Shown piece by piece: positions 1 to 8,890 of a DNA stretch of 64,000 bases. The position numbers and the translations under genes are program-made. The DNA comes from an uncultured Candidatus Saccharibacteria bacterium. Its GTDB lineage: Bacteria; Patescibacteriota; Minisyncoccia; Minisyncoccales; JANBVM01. Every line of letters begins with the position of its first letter. The stretch's first letter is position 1. The notes under the pieces are model-generated. The model did no database searches and was not told the DNA's origin. It was given only the letters and a program-made list of their open reading frames with translations. The DNA is taken from positions 191-64,190 of the forward strand of contig CAZEQH010000004.1 in assembly GCA_964514375.1 (NCBI GenBank). The letters are read 5' to 3'.

Positions 1-1441
1 TATCAAAACTGCATTTTGCTCCTTCAGTCTTGAGGCGCAACTGGCATAGTATCTTGTCTGCGGTTTCAGGCAGGAAGGGCTCCAGCATTTTGGTTATCTC
101 CGCGACAGAATAAAGCAGACACGCCACGCAGGCATTCTTTTCTTCGGGTTTTTCCCATATCCTGTTTTTTTCTATGTATTGGTCGCAAAAGCCTATCAGT
201 TCCCAAACAGCCATTAAGGCCTCATTGAACTTAAAATCCTTAAGGCTCACGTGGTATTTATCCCAGGCATCCATTATTCTGGGATAAAATTCGTTGTTGT
301 GAATTTCTGCAATTTTTATCTCCGGAGCAAGGCCGGGCTTTGAAGCCACGGCTGTCAAACGCGCCAATAGATTGCCTATTCCCTTGGCCAAATCTGAATT
401 ATACCTTTCCTCCAATCTCTCGTAGGTAAAATCACCGTCCTGAGTGGAAACTACTTCTCTCATCAGGAAATATCTGACGGCATCCGCACCGTACTTTTCC
501 ACCACCTTAAAGGGGTCTACCACATTTCCCAGGGATTTGGACATTTTTTCTCCATTGTGGGTGATATAGCCGTGGGCGAATATTTGTTCGGGCAGGGAAA
601 CACCGGCGGAAAGAAGCAGAGCGGGCCAGTAAACGGCGTGGAATCGGAGGATACCTTTGCCAATAACGTGGATTTTGTCATCGTTTTCCTCCCACCAGGC
701 TTGGAATCTATCCCTGTCCTCTGCATAACCTACGGCATTGATATAATTGGACAGAGCGTCAAACCATACCCAGATTATCTGACTAGGGTCGCCAGGAACT
801 TCAATCCCCCAGCCGTGGGCTCTCTCCCGAGAACGAGAAATGCAAATATCCTCCAGCCCCTGGTCTATAAAACTTAAAACCTCGTTTTTTCTTGTTTCCG
901 GTATAATTCTTACCTTACCCAGTCCGATAAGCTCCCTGAGTCGGGCCTGATACTTTGACAAACGGAAAAAATAATTTTCTTCTTCAATCAGCTCCGGCTT
1001 CGTCTTATGTTCCGGACAAAGCCCTTCTGAGAGCTCGCTCTCCTTATAGAACTCCTCGCAATCCACACAGTAAAGACCCTGGTAAGACTTCTTGTAGATA
1101 TCATTCCTGCAGGCAAGCCACAGTTTTTCAGTTCCTTGACGGTGGCGTTCCTGGGTAGTCCTTATAAAATCGTCGTAACTCAAGTTAAGCGCCTGCTTTA
1201 ATTCATAGAACTTGCCGGCATTCTTATCTACCAGTTCTTTGACGGGCAGGCCTTCCTTTTCCGCTGCCTTTACGTTCTTGAGGCTGTTTTCGTCGGTGCC
1301 CGACAAAAAGAAAACATCCTCGCCCTTAAGCCGGTGGTATCTGGATAAAACGTCTGCCTGGATTTTCTCCAACGCGTGACCAATATGGGGACTGCCATTA
1401 ACATAATCTATGGCAGTTGCTATAAAAATTTTCTTACTCAC
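1..1441 (-). CDS. metG: Methionyl-tRNA synthetase, N-terminal ~480 codons (C-terminus lies beyond the window edge)
   Basis: Own translation of the minus strand from GTG at 1441-1439 gives VSKKIFIATAIDYVNGSPHIGHALEKIQADVLSRYHRLKGEDVFFLSGTDE (HIGH motif), then IHVIGKGILRFHAVYWPALL, then GEKMSKSLGNVVDP (KMSKS; its ATG at 544-542 is in frame with 1441). It is absent from the ORF track because it has no in-window stop. It overlaps the rsmI stop by 8 nt. Confidence 0.85.
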   Translation of the reverse strand, partial: MSKKIFIATAIDYVNGSPHIGHALEKIQADVLSRYHRLKGEDVFFLSGTDENSLKNVKAAEKEGLPVKELVDKNAGKFYELKQALNLSYDDFIRTTQERHRQGTEKLWLACRNDIYKKSYQGLYCVDCEEFYKESELSEGLCPEHKTKPELIEEENYFFRLSKYQARLRELIGLGKVRIIPETRKNEVLSFIDQGLEDICISRSRERAHGWGIEVPGDPSQIIWVWFDALSNYINAVGYAEDRDRFQAWWEENDDKIHVIGKGILRFHAVYWPALLLSAGVSLPEQIFAHGYITHNGEKMSKSLGNVVDPFKVVEKYGADAVRYFLMREVVSTQDGDFTYERLEERYNSDLAKGIGNLLARLTAVASKPGLAPEIKIAEIHNNEFYPRIMDAWDKYHVSLKDFKFNEALMAVWELIGFCDQYIEKNRIWEKPEEKNACVACLLYSVAEITKMLEPFLPETADKILCQLRLKTEGAKCSFD

Positions 1442-2117
1442 GATTTTTATCAATTATAACTACAAACTCCCCACGGATTTGGTCTTCCCCAAACTGTGAT
1501 ATTACTTCCGGGATATTTCCGCGGTAGAGAGTTTCAAATTTTTTGGTCAATTCCCGACACACTACTACTCTTAAATTTTTTTTAGATAAATTATCAATTT
1601 CCTGCAAGGTTTTAATAACGCGGTGGGGAGACTCATAAAATACTGCGAGATATTCCGAATCTATGATTTTTTGAAAAAATCTCCTTCTTTTGCGTTTCGC
1701 AGGAGGAAATCCCAAGAATAAAAAATTGTCTGTCGGAAATCCGCAGACACTGAGGGCTGCAGTTACTGCCGAAGGGCCGGGAACCGTCACCACATCTGCT
1801 TTCGCCCCAAATCTCTTTACGGCTTCTTCTATCAATTTATTGCCGGGGTCAGATATGCCGGGAGTGCCTGCGTCGGAAACCAGAGCCAGACTCCTGCCCT
1901 GTTCCAGCAGCTTGATGATATCCTCCACTTTTTTAAGTTTACTGTGCTGATGGTAGCTGATAGTCGGCTTATCGATGCCATAATGATGAAGCAGTTTTGC
2001 CGTAACCCTGGTATCCTCACACAAGATAAAATCCGCCTCTTTCAGGACAGATAAAGCCCTCAAGGTTATATCGTCAAGATTCCCTATGGGGGTTCCTACC
2101 ACGTAGAGAGTTGCCAT
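1434..2117 (-). CDS. rsmI: 16S rRNA (cytidine1402-2'-O)-methyltransferase RsmI
   Basis: The N-terminus MATLYVVGTPIGNLDDITLRALSVLKEADFILCEDTR and the length (227 aa) are typical of the RsmI tetrapyrrole-methylase fold. Confidence 0.8.
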   Translation of the reverse strand: MATLYVVGTPIGNLDDITLRALSVLKEADFILCEDTRVTAKLLHHYGIDKPTISYHQHSKLKKVEDIIKLLEQGRSLALVSDAGTPGISDPGNKLIEEAVKRFGAKADVVTVPGPSAVTAALSVCGFPTDNFLFLGFPPAKRKRRRFFQKIIDSEYLAVFYESPHRVIKTLQEIDNLSKKNLRVVVCRELTKKFETLYRGNIPEVISQFGEDQIRGEFVVIIDKNRE

Positions 2118-2122
2118 AGATT

Positions 2123-3151
2123 TTAAACAGCTTCCTCATTAATCTCTTTTCTTCCTTTAAGAAAATCACTTATGAATTCATAGATAATACTAGTTAAAGG
2201 AATAGCCAATACAGCCCCCAGAATTCCCCATAATCTTCCTCCAATAAGTAAAGCTATAAGCACCAATACCGAAGGCAGTCCGACCATCCTCCTGGTTAAA
2301 AGAGGAGTCACAATATTCCCTTCGATCTGCTGAATGAGCACGAAGGCAATGAGCACGAACAGAGCTTTCCACCATTCCTCCAGGGCAGCCAGCAGGACAA
2401 TGACCAAACCCGCAAATATAGGTCCTAATACAGGAATAATATCCATAATGCCCGCAAATAGACTTAGGATAAAGGCATACTTTAATTTGACTACCTCCAG
2501 AGCCACATAGGAAACCAATCCTACAAAAAGGCTGCTTAAAAGCCTGCTGCCGAACCAGTAAGCGGTTTTACTCTGGCACCTCTTCCAGAGATTGAGGAAA
2601 TAATCCTCGTGGTCTTTGGGCGCTAAAAGCTTAATAGCTTTGTCGATGTCGCTTTCCTCTATGGAAAAGAATATTGCTATGGAAAAAATGGTAATGGTAG
2701 AAAATATTCCTCCGAAGATAGAAATGACGGCTCCGAAAATACTGGAGGAAGCTGTCTTTAACCACTCTTGGAGAACCTGAGTGAATGTTTCGAAACTATT
2801 GAAAGCTTCTATCTGTAATCCTCTTAGGGGAGGAGCCAGCTTTTCGAAATATTGGGGGAAGAGTTTGGTCAACTGCTGTATTTCAGCAATAAATATGGGA
2901 ATTATCCAGTAAAAAATCAGGGTAAGAATGGTAAAGGCCACCGTATAAACCAGTATGGTGGCTATAACCCGGGGGATTCTCTTTTCTTCTAAGAAATCGA
3001 TGGGCTGATTAAAAAGAATGGATATTACCAACCCGAAAATAGTCCACACAAGAATGTCCCTTATTAAAAAGAGGATATATATACCCAGGAATACAACGGC
3101 TATTTTTAAAATAGTGCCCCAAGATATGTCTAAGACTTTTTCTTCATCCAT
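2123..3151 (-). CDS. AI-2E family (PerM/UPF0118) transporter
   Basis: 342-aa polytopic membrane protein. The layout and the conserved C-terminal region (GLPSVLVLIALLIGGRLWGILGAVLAIPL) resemble the AI-2E/UPF0118 family. Confidence 0.6.
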   Translation of the reverse strand: MDEEKVLDISWGTILKIAVVFLGIYILFLIRDILVWTIFGLVISILFNQPIDFLEEKRIPRVIATILVYTVAFTILTLIFYWIIPIFIAEIQQLTKLFPQYFEKLAPPLRGLQIEAFNSFETFTQVLQEWLKTASSSIFGAVISIFGGIFSTITIFSIAIFFSIEESDIDKAIKLLAPKDHEDYFLNLWKRCQSKTAYWFGSRLLSSLFVGLVSYVALEVVKLKYAFILSLFAGIMDIIPVLGPIFAGLVIVLLAALEEWWKALFVLIAFVLIQQIEGNIVTPLLTRRMVGLPSVLVLIALLIGGRLWGILGAVLAIPLTSIIYEFISDFLKGRKEINEEAV

Positions 3152-3164
3152 GGTTTTGTGAAAT

Positions 3165-4430
3165 TTAAATTTTTAATAATTTTTGAAACCTTTCCTGGTT
3201 GGAGAAAGGCCCTATCACAGCCAAGTTAAGGCTTTGAGGTTTAAATATTTCTGATGAGATTTTCAAAATATCTCCCGGGGTCACCTTATCAATATGGGAA
3301 AATATCTGTTGAGGAGTAAGGATTTCCCTTTCAAGTATTTCCTGATTGGCATAAAAAGCGGCTAGAGCGTCTGACGATTCCAGCAGGAGCGCCGTCTTTC
3401 CTTTGACGTAGTCTTTGGCTTTTTTAAGTTCTGCGGGAGGAACTTTTTCCGTAGAAATTTTCTTGAATTCCTCCAGGATGGCCGAGACGACGTCTTCCAC
3501 CCGGCTGACGTCCACACCTACCCTGGCCGCCAGATATCCCGTATCCTGGTCTTCGGAAGATTCTGCGGCGATATAATAGGCAGCTCCCATTTTTTCTCTT
3601 ATCCTGACAAATAGACGGGAACTCATCATCCCCCCCATAATCAAGGATAAAATCCTCTGGGCATATTTTTGGGGATGGAAAACATTATAGGCCCTATTTC
3701 CCAAATAGAGATGGGCCTGGTCGGTTTCTCTATTATGAATGAGGAGATTGGGATTTGACTGCCTTTCAAAGACCTGAGCCCGGACTAAAGGTTTTGTTGT
3801 TTTTATTTTGGAAAAATACTTTTTTATTCTTTTTATCACAGCATCCTCGTCCATCCTGCCCGCCACGCATATGACGGTATTGGAGGCTACGTACTGATTT
3901 TTCATATATTCTGTGAGCTTTTTTCTGGTAATAGAAGCTACGCTTTCTTTGGTGCCCGCTACATCCCAGCCAGCGGGCTGGTCCCCGTACAAAAGCTGAT
4001 TCCAGAGTACCTGGACATAAAGCATGGGATGGTCGTAACGCATGTTTATCTCCTCTGTTATAACGTTTTTCTCTTTGGCCACCTCCTCTTCTGCGAGAAG
4101 GGAGTTTAAGAAAATATCGGCTACCCATTCCAGGGCAGAGTCTAAATATGAAAAAGCGACTTTGGCATAATAGCCCGTATATTCTTCGGAAGTAAAGGCA
4201 TTGTAAATCCCCCCAATCCTATCCAGGGTTTCACTAACCATAACAGGAGAGGGCCTTTTTTTGGTACCTTTAAAATACATGTGTTCCAAAAAATGGGAAA
4301 TACCGTTGATGTCCCTGGTTTCATATTTTGACCCCGTACCCACCAAAACCAAGACTGTGGCAGCCTGAGTGCTTTTCTGAGGAATAGTGATTATCCTCAG
4401 CCCATTATCAAGTGTCGTTTTCTTATACAT
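3165..4430 (-). CDS. M16 family (pitrilysin/insulinase-like) zinc peptidase
   Basis: Inverted zinc motif HxxEH is present (GISHFLEHMYFKGT). 421 aa, with typical M16 N- and C-domain organisation. Confidence 0.75.
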   Translation of the reverse strand: MYKKTTLDNGLRIITIPQKSTQAATVLVLVGTGSKYETRDINGISHFLEHMYFKGTKKRPSPVMVSETLDRIGGIYNAFTSEEYTGYYAKVAFSYLDSALEWVADIFLNSLLAEEEVAKEKNVITEEINMRYDHPMLYVQVLWNQLLYGDQPAGWDVAGTKESVASITRKKLTEYMKNQYVASNTVICVAGRMDEDAVIKRIKKYFSKIKTTKPLVRAQVFERQSNPNLLIHNRETDQAHLYLGNRAYNVFHPQKYAQRILSLIMGGMMSSRLFVRIREKMGAAYYIAAESSEDQDTGYLAARVGVDVSRVEDVVSAILEEFKKISTEKVPPAELKKAKDYVKGKTALLLESSDALAAFYANQEILEREILTPQQIFSHIDKVTPGDILKISSEIFKPQSLNLAVIGPFSNQERFQKLLKI

Positions 4431-4436
4431 AGGAAA

Positions 4437-5849
4437 TTAATTTTGTAATTTTTCTTTTAAAAAATTTGTAAGCTCTTCGATTTTAATCCTTTCCTGTTTC
4501 ATAGAATCCCTATCGCGGACGGTAACATCATCTTGCTCCAGGGTTTCAAAATCAACTGTAACAGCCAGAGGCACTCCTATTTCATCCGCTCTGCGGTATC
4601 TCCTGCCGATGGAGCCTGTTTCGTCATATTGGCAGGCGAAATTACCCTTAACCAGCTCGTAAACCTGGCGGCTCTTTTCCACCAACTGAGGTTTATTCCT
4701 AACCAGAGGAAATACTGCCACTTTTACGGGAGCCAGCTTCCGGCCTATTTTCATTACCACTTCCAGTTCTTTAGCCGCCTTGGTGGTTTCCGTTCTGCCT
4801 CCTGATATTTCCGTATAAGCCCCGCACAGCACTGCTAAAAGTATTCTTTCCACACCGCAAGAAGGCTCAATAACAAAGGGCGTGAAGTACTCCTTGGAAA
4901 CGTCGTCGAAATACCTCAGGTCGGTTCCTGAAAATTCCTGATGTTTTTTTAAGTCAAAATCCGTCCTGTTGGCTATACCCTCAATCTCTCCCCATCCGAA
5001 GGGAAACTTATATTCTATATCAGAACAGGACTTAGCATAATGAGCCAGTTCCTCTTTGGTATGAGGACGAATCCTTAATTTATCTTCGTCCATCCCCAGT
5101 TCCTCTGTATACCACCTTTTCCTTTCCTGCACCCAAAAATTAAAGAGTTTTTCATCTTCCCCTGGTTTGACGAAATATTCCATTTCCATCTGTTGGAACT
5201 CCCTGGACCTAAAGATAAAGTTTCGTGGAGTAATCTCGTTCCTGAAGGCTTTTCCTATCTGAGCTATGCCGAAAGGAACCTTCAGTCTTTGGGTATCTAA
5301 AATATTCTTATAATTGATAAAAATACCCTGCGCCGTTTCCGGCCTTAAAAAGGCCCGGGCTTCCGTATCTTCTACCGGACCGATAAAAGTCTTAAACATC
5401 AGATTGAATTGGCGGGGAGGCATAAGTTCTCCTCCGCACTCGGGGCAATTTATCTTTTCTATAGCCCTGGCTATCTCGTCAATATCGTCTGGGTCATAGG
5501 CTCCGTGTTCATCGAGTTTGCCTTCTTCTGCCTGGTCTTTTACCAGATGGTCTGCCCGAAACCTTTTGTGGCATGCCTTACACTCTGCCAGAGGGTCTGT
5601 AAAATTATCTACATGTCCGGAGGCCTGCCAAACCTTAGGATTGAAGACGACCGCACTATCCAGGCCCACTACCTCTTCCCTATCCCAAACCATGTTTTTC
5701 CACCAAGAATCTTTAATGTTTCTCTCGAGCTCCGTTCCCAGAGGGCCAAAATCATAAAACCCGGCCAATCCTCCGTAGATTTCCGAAGAAGGGTAAATGA
5801 ATCCCCTTCTTTTAGCAAGAGATATTATCTTTTCCAAATTGTCTTCCAT
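4437..5849 (-). CDS. glyQS: Glycyl-tRNA synthetase (class II, dimeric GlyQS type)
   Basis: N-terminus IISLAKRRGFIYPSSEIYGGLAGFYDFGPLGTEL, class II motifs, and a C-terminal anticodon-binding domain (VAVFPLV...). Confidence 0.9.
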   Translation of the reverse strand: MEDNLEKIISLAKRRGFIYPSSEIYGGLAGFYDFGPLGTELERNIKDSWWKNMVWDREEVVGLDSAVVFNPKVWQASGHVDNFTDPLAECKACHKRFRADHLVKDQAEEGKLDEHGAYDPDDIDEIARAIEKINCPECGGELMPPRQFNLMFKTFIGPVEDTEARAFLRPETAQGIFINYKNILDTQRLKVPFGIAQIGKAFRNEITPRNFIFRSREFQQMEMEYFVKPGEDEKLFNFWVQERKRWYTEELGMDEDKLRIRPHTKEELAHYAKSCSDIEYKFPFGWGEIEGIANRTDFDLKKHQEFSGTDLRYFDDVSKEYFTPFVIEPSCGVERILLAVLCGAYTEISGGRTETTKAAKELEVVMKIGRKLAPVKVAVFPLVRNKPQLVEKSRQVYELVKGNFACQYDETGSIGRRYRRADEIGVPLAVTVDFETLEQDDVTVRDRDSMKQERIKIEELTNFLKEKLQN

Positions 5850-5859
5850 ATTTAAAGCA

Positions 5860-7530
5860 TTAACCTCCCACTATTCCCTGTTCGTCGGAAACGCTGGGGT
5901 CATCGGGTAAAGTGGTGTTCACGGCCGGAGAAAAACTATCTATGGTTATTTCCGTCCAGGTGTCCTCACCGCTTATCCTGGCCTGACTAATGATTTCCGC
6001 CACCTGCCCCCTCTGATTCTGGTTGGGAATAAAGGAAACCTGGAAAGCCAATGTGAGGTTGTCTCCGGCAATTCCCACACCTCTCTGCAAGTCTCCGATG
6101 GACCATACTATTTCCCGGGAGTCAGAATCAAAAGTAAATTTGGATACTGATCCTTCAGGAAAAATGTTCCCCGTCAGTTCCACGTTCTCGGGTAAGACGG
6201 CCTTGACCTTGACGTTCTTAACGTCGGAATAATAGTTTTTTACCTGCCACATTATGGTATAAGTGGTGGACTTGCCCGCCTCCGGGGGAATGGGTCCGTT
6301 GTTGCCGAAAACCTCATCCTGAAAATAACCTTTCTGGGAAAGTTCAATCTTGGAACTTATCTTGGTAACAAATTCTTCCTTCACCTGGCCGATAAATACT
6401 TTATTGCGCAGTACTGGATTTTTAACGTTGCCCAAACCGTCTTTTAATTTAATCCAGAATTCTACCCTTCCGTCTTCTAGGGGTGCCAGATATTGGAGCT
6501 GGGGAACCCTTTTCCAATCGAATACGACTGAGTTGTCACCTTCCTGATAACTGCCGTAATCTGTCTTTATGGTCTGGAAATCAAAAGCATCTCCCTCAAG
6601 ACTGCTGACCATAAATAGGTTGGCAAGGTCTTCCTCTCCTATATTCTTGAAATAAATCTCGTAATGCAGCCATTCTCCGGGCAGGGCTACATATTGGGGA
6701 TTTCCGTTTATCTCCTGCCTCAGATAGAGAGAAGGGTTAACTATTTCCACTCCCCTGGTAGTTTCCTTTAAAACTATAAACTCCCCGTCCTTAAGAAGGC
6801 CGAGTTTGGCGCTGAATACTCTGGCATCTCCCGGATTGCCGGAAAGCTTCCCCGTAATTTCTATCCTGCCGCCTTCTGACTTATTCAATACAGGAATTTC
6901 CCAATCCGTCTTTTCTATGGACTTGGGAGAAGAGCTGATAAATTCAAAACCCGATGGATATTCCACCTGACATCTTAAATCGGTAAGCAAAGAATCGATG
7001 TTGGAAAAATAGTTAATCCTAACAACGAATTCCTTGGAATCTGCTACCTTAGAAGGCAGGTCAAATTCAAAGGTCAAAGGGGCAGATTTTATCTGGGTGG
7101 TAAAGCTGGACGAGGATTCATATCGCGCCTTCAAGTCCTTAGGCTGATAGCTTAAAAAAGCCCTGGCTATCTTAATTTCCCCTTCATTACCCAGCAGGGT
7201 CATGGTAAAGGAAAATGTCTTCTCTTCCCCGGGGTAGATGGCCTCTCCTATCTGGTCTGTACCGAGTATCTGGCGCTCATATATTTTTCCGTCTTTAAGG
7301 GAATGCTCCGGAGGCTCAAAAATCAGTTCCGGGTTGTCCAACCGGAAATTGCCGTTATTTTTGTACCGGATAATGTATTCTACCTCCTGTCCCAAGGAAA
7401 CCTCGGTGGGGCCGAAAATCTCAAGCCTTAAGCCCTCTTTGGAATAAAGATTGTCCTGCCAATTCCAAAGAAAACCAGCCACACCGGCTATTAAGGCCAG
7501 AACAATGATAAAAGTAACTAATTTATTCAT
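5860..7530 (-). CDS. Membrane-anchored surface protein with repeated beta-sandwich (DUF11/CARDB-like) modules
   Basis: N-terminal hydrophobic anchor MNKLVTFIIVLALIAGVAGFLW, followed by several ~110-aa beta-rich repeats (e.g. EVSLGQEVEYIIRYKNNGNFRLDNPELIF; WLHYEIYFKNIGEEDLANLF). Function unknown. Confidence 0.45.
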   Translation of the reverse strand: MNKLVTFIIVLALIAGVAGFLWNWQDNLYSKEGLRLEIFGPTEVSLGQEVEYIIRYKNNGNFRLDNPELIFEPPEHSLKDGKIYERQILGTDQIGEAIYPGEEKTFSFTMTLLGNEGEIKIARAFLSYQPKDLKARYESSSSFTTQIKSAPLTFEFDLPSKVADSKEFVVRINYFSNIDSLLTDLRCQVEYPSGFEFISSSPKSIEKTDWEIPVLNKSEGGRIEITGKLSGNPGDARVFSAKLGLLKDGEFIVLKETTRGVEIVNPSLYLRQEINGNPQYVALPGEWLHYEIYFKNIGEEDLANLFMVSSLEGDAFDFQTIKTDYGSYQEGDNSVVFDWKRVPQLQYLAPLEDGRVEFWIKLKDGLGNVKNPVLRNKVFIGQVKEEFVTKISSKIELSQKGYFQDEVFGNNGPIPPEAGKSTTYTIMWQVKNYYSDVKNVKVKAVLPENVELTGNIFPEGSVSKFTFDSDSREIVWSIGDLQRGVGIAGDNLTLAFQVSFIPNQNQRGQVAEIISQARISGEDTWTEITIDSFSPAVNTTLPDDPSVSDEQGIVGG

Positions 7531-7564
7531 AGATTTTTCAAGGGATAAATCTCTATTAAGTATA

Positions 7565-8293
7565 TCATTTTACCGTGTCTCTCCACAATAAATAATCTTT
7601 CGATACTTCATTTAAAAGCTTAATATGTTTATCTCCGACTTTCAAGCCGAGGAGCAGGTCTTTTCGACCGCTAAGGATAATTCTCAATATCTTCACAGTG
7701 TCGGCCTCCACTTTCTTTTGCGCGCTCGATCCTTTCCGATGACAGAGAGGACAGATTATTCCTCCCATCTCGGGGCTGAAATAAATATTAGCGGGGTCAG
7801 GGTTTCTTCCGCACACAGAACACTTCCGGAGTTGAGGAGAATAGCCGAGCACAGCCAGTAGGTTCCATAAAAAATAAAAATAGAGAAGCTTTAATTTTAC
7901 GGGATTCAAGCCCTGTATTTCCAAGACCGTTAAAACAGACAACAAGAGCTCCCAAATATCTTTTTCCCGTTCCTGGTCTACTGCCGTCTTCTCCAGTATC
8001 CGGGATACTTTTAAGGCCAGTGACAACTTTTTGAGGTCGGACCTTATGACGTTAAATTTTTCAACTGCAACGGCATCTATCAGTGTCTTATAGCCCTTGC
8101 CCTGGATGAATTCTATTTCGGAAAGATAAAGAACGTCTATGCCGGCTCTTAGTTTGGAGGTGAGCTTTCTGATGCCGCGGCCCAGAACCGCTATCCTGCC
8201 GAAATCTTCGGTATAAATAATAAAGAGTTGATCGGCTTCTCTGCGATCAACCTTCCTTAAGATAAGACCCCTGGTGCGGTAGTGGGCAAACAT
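7565..8293 (-). CDS. recO: DNA repair protein RecO
   Basis: N-terminal OB-fold sequence RTRGLILRKVDRREADQLFIIYTEDFGRIAVLGRGIRK and a C-terminal Cys4 zinc finger (CSVCGR...CPLC). Confidence 0.8.
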   Translation of the reverse strand: MFAHYRTRGLILRKVDRREADQLFIIYTEDFGRIAVLGRGIRKLTSKLRAGIDVLYLSEIEFIQGKGYKTLIDAVAVEKFNVIRSDLKKLSLALKVSRILEKTAVDQEREKDIWELLLSVLTVLEIQGLNPVKLKLLYFYFLWNLLAVLGYSPQLRKCSVCGRNPDPANIYFSPEMGGIICPLCHRKGSSAQKKVEADTVKILRIILSGRKDLLLGLKVGDKHIKLLNEVSKDYLLWRDTVK

Positions 8294-8890
8294 TTACTTT
8301 TTAGGTTTTCCAAAGATGTGATGGAGCAGTTTATCCTTTTTTTCAAGAATTTCCCTTTCCTTAACAATTTTTGCGCGTTCGGATGCTTTCTTTAATCTCT
8401 GATATTCCCGTCTTGACTTGCTGTGTTCATCCTTTAATCTTTCATACTCTTTTTTTAGAGTCTCTTTCCTGACATAACCGCTGCTTGTCTTTTTGAAAAG
8501 ACTTTCGGCATAGAGTTTTCTCTCTCTTTCTTTCATTCCGGTCTTATTTAACAACCCCCTCTTGCCCTTTTCACCTCTAAACATCTTCACTATATCATCT
8601 CGTCTTGCCTTTTCTTTAACCCAAATTTCTCCTTCTTTTCCTTTTTCTATTTTTTTAGCGGCCGCAGTCTTTTCTTTTTTTTGTTCCCTACTTTCAGCCA
8701 TCCGATCCAGCTGCCTTCTGAGAGAATCTTTAGGGGTAACAGGGCGTCCCTTTAAAAAATCTTCTCCTTTTTCCTTTAAAAATTCCCTAAAAGGCTTTAC
8801 TTGTTCCGAAGATTCCTGATTCTCTTCAGGGCCAATAGGTTTAGGTTCATCTTCCAGGCCGAAGGTTCTACCCCTGTTTGCTTCTGACAT
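8294..8890 (-). CDS. Lys/Glu-rich hypothetical protein
   Basis: 198-aa highly charged ORF, low in complexity and probably coiled-coil or disordered. It is wedged with no gap between ileS (23-nt overlap) and recO. No recognisable motif. Confidence 0.4.
   Translation of the reverse strand: MSEANRGRTFGLEDEPKPIGPEENQESSEQVKPFREFLKEKGEDFLKGRPVTPKDSLRRQLDRMAESREQKKEKTAAAKKIEKGKEGEIWVKEKARRDDIVKMFRGEKGKRGLLNKTGMKERERKLYAESLFKKTSSGYVRKETLKKEYERLKDEHSKSRREYQRLKKASERAKIVKEREILEKKDKLLHHIFGKPKK

Noticed and set aside
557-1158. Plus-strand track ORFs 557..877 and 955..1158, and the minus-strand ORF 517..726
   Set aside because: They lie inside or antisense to the metG reading frame, which shows HIGH and KMSKS motifs. 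Their sequences are low-complexity and lack motifs, so they are shadow ORFs.
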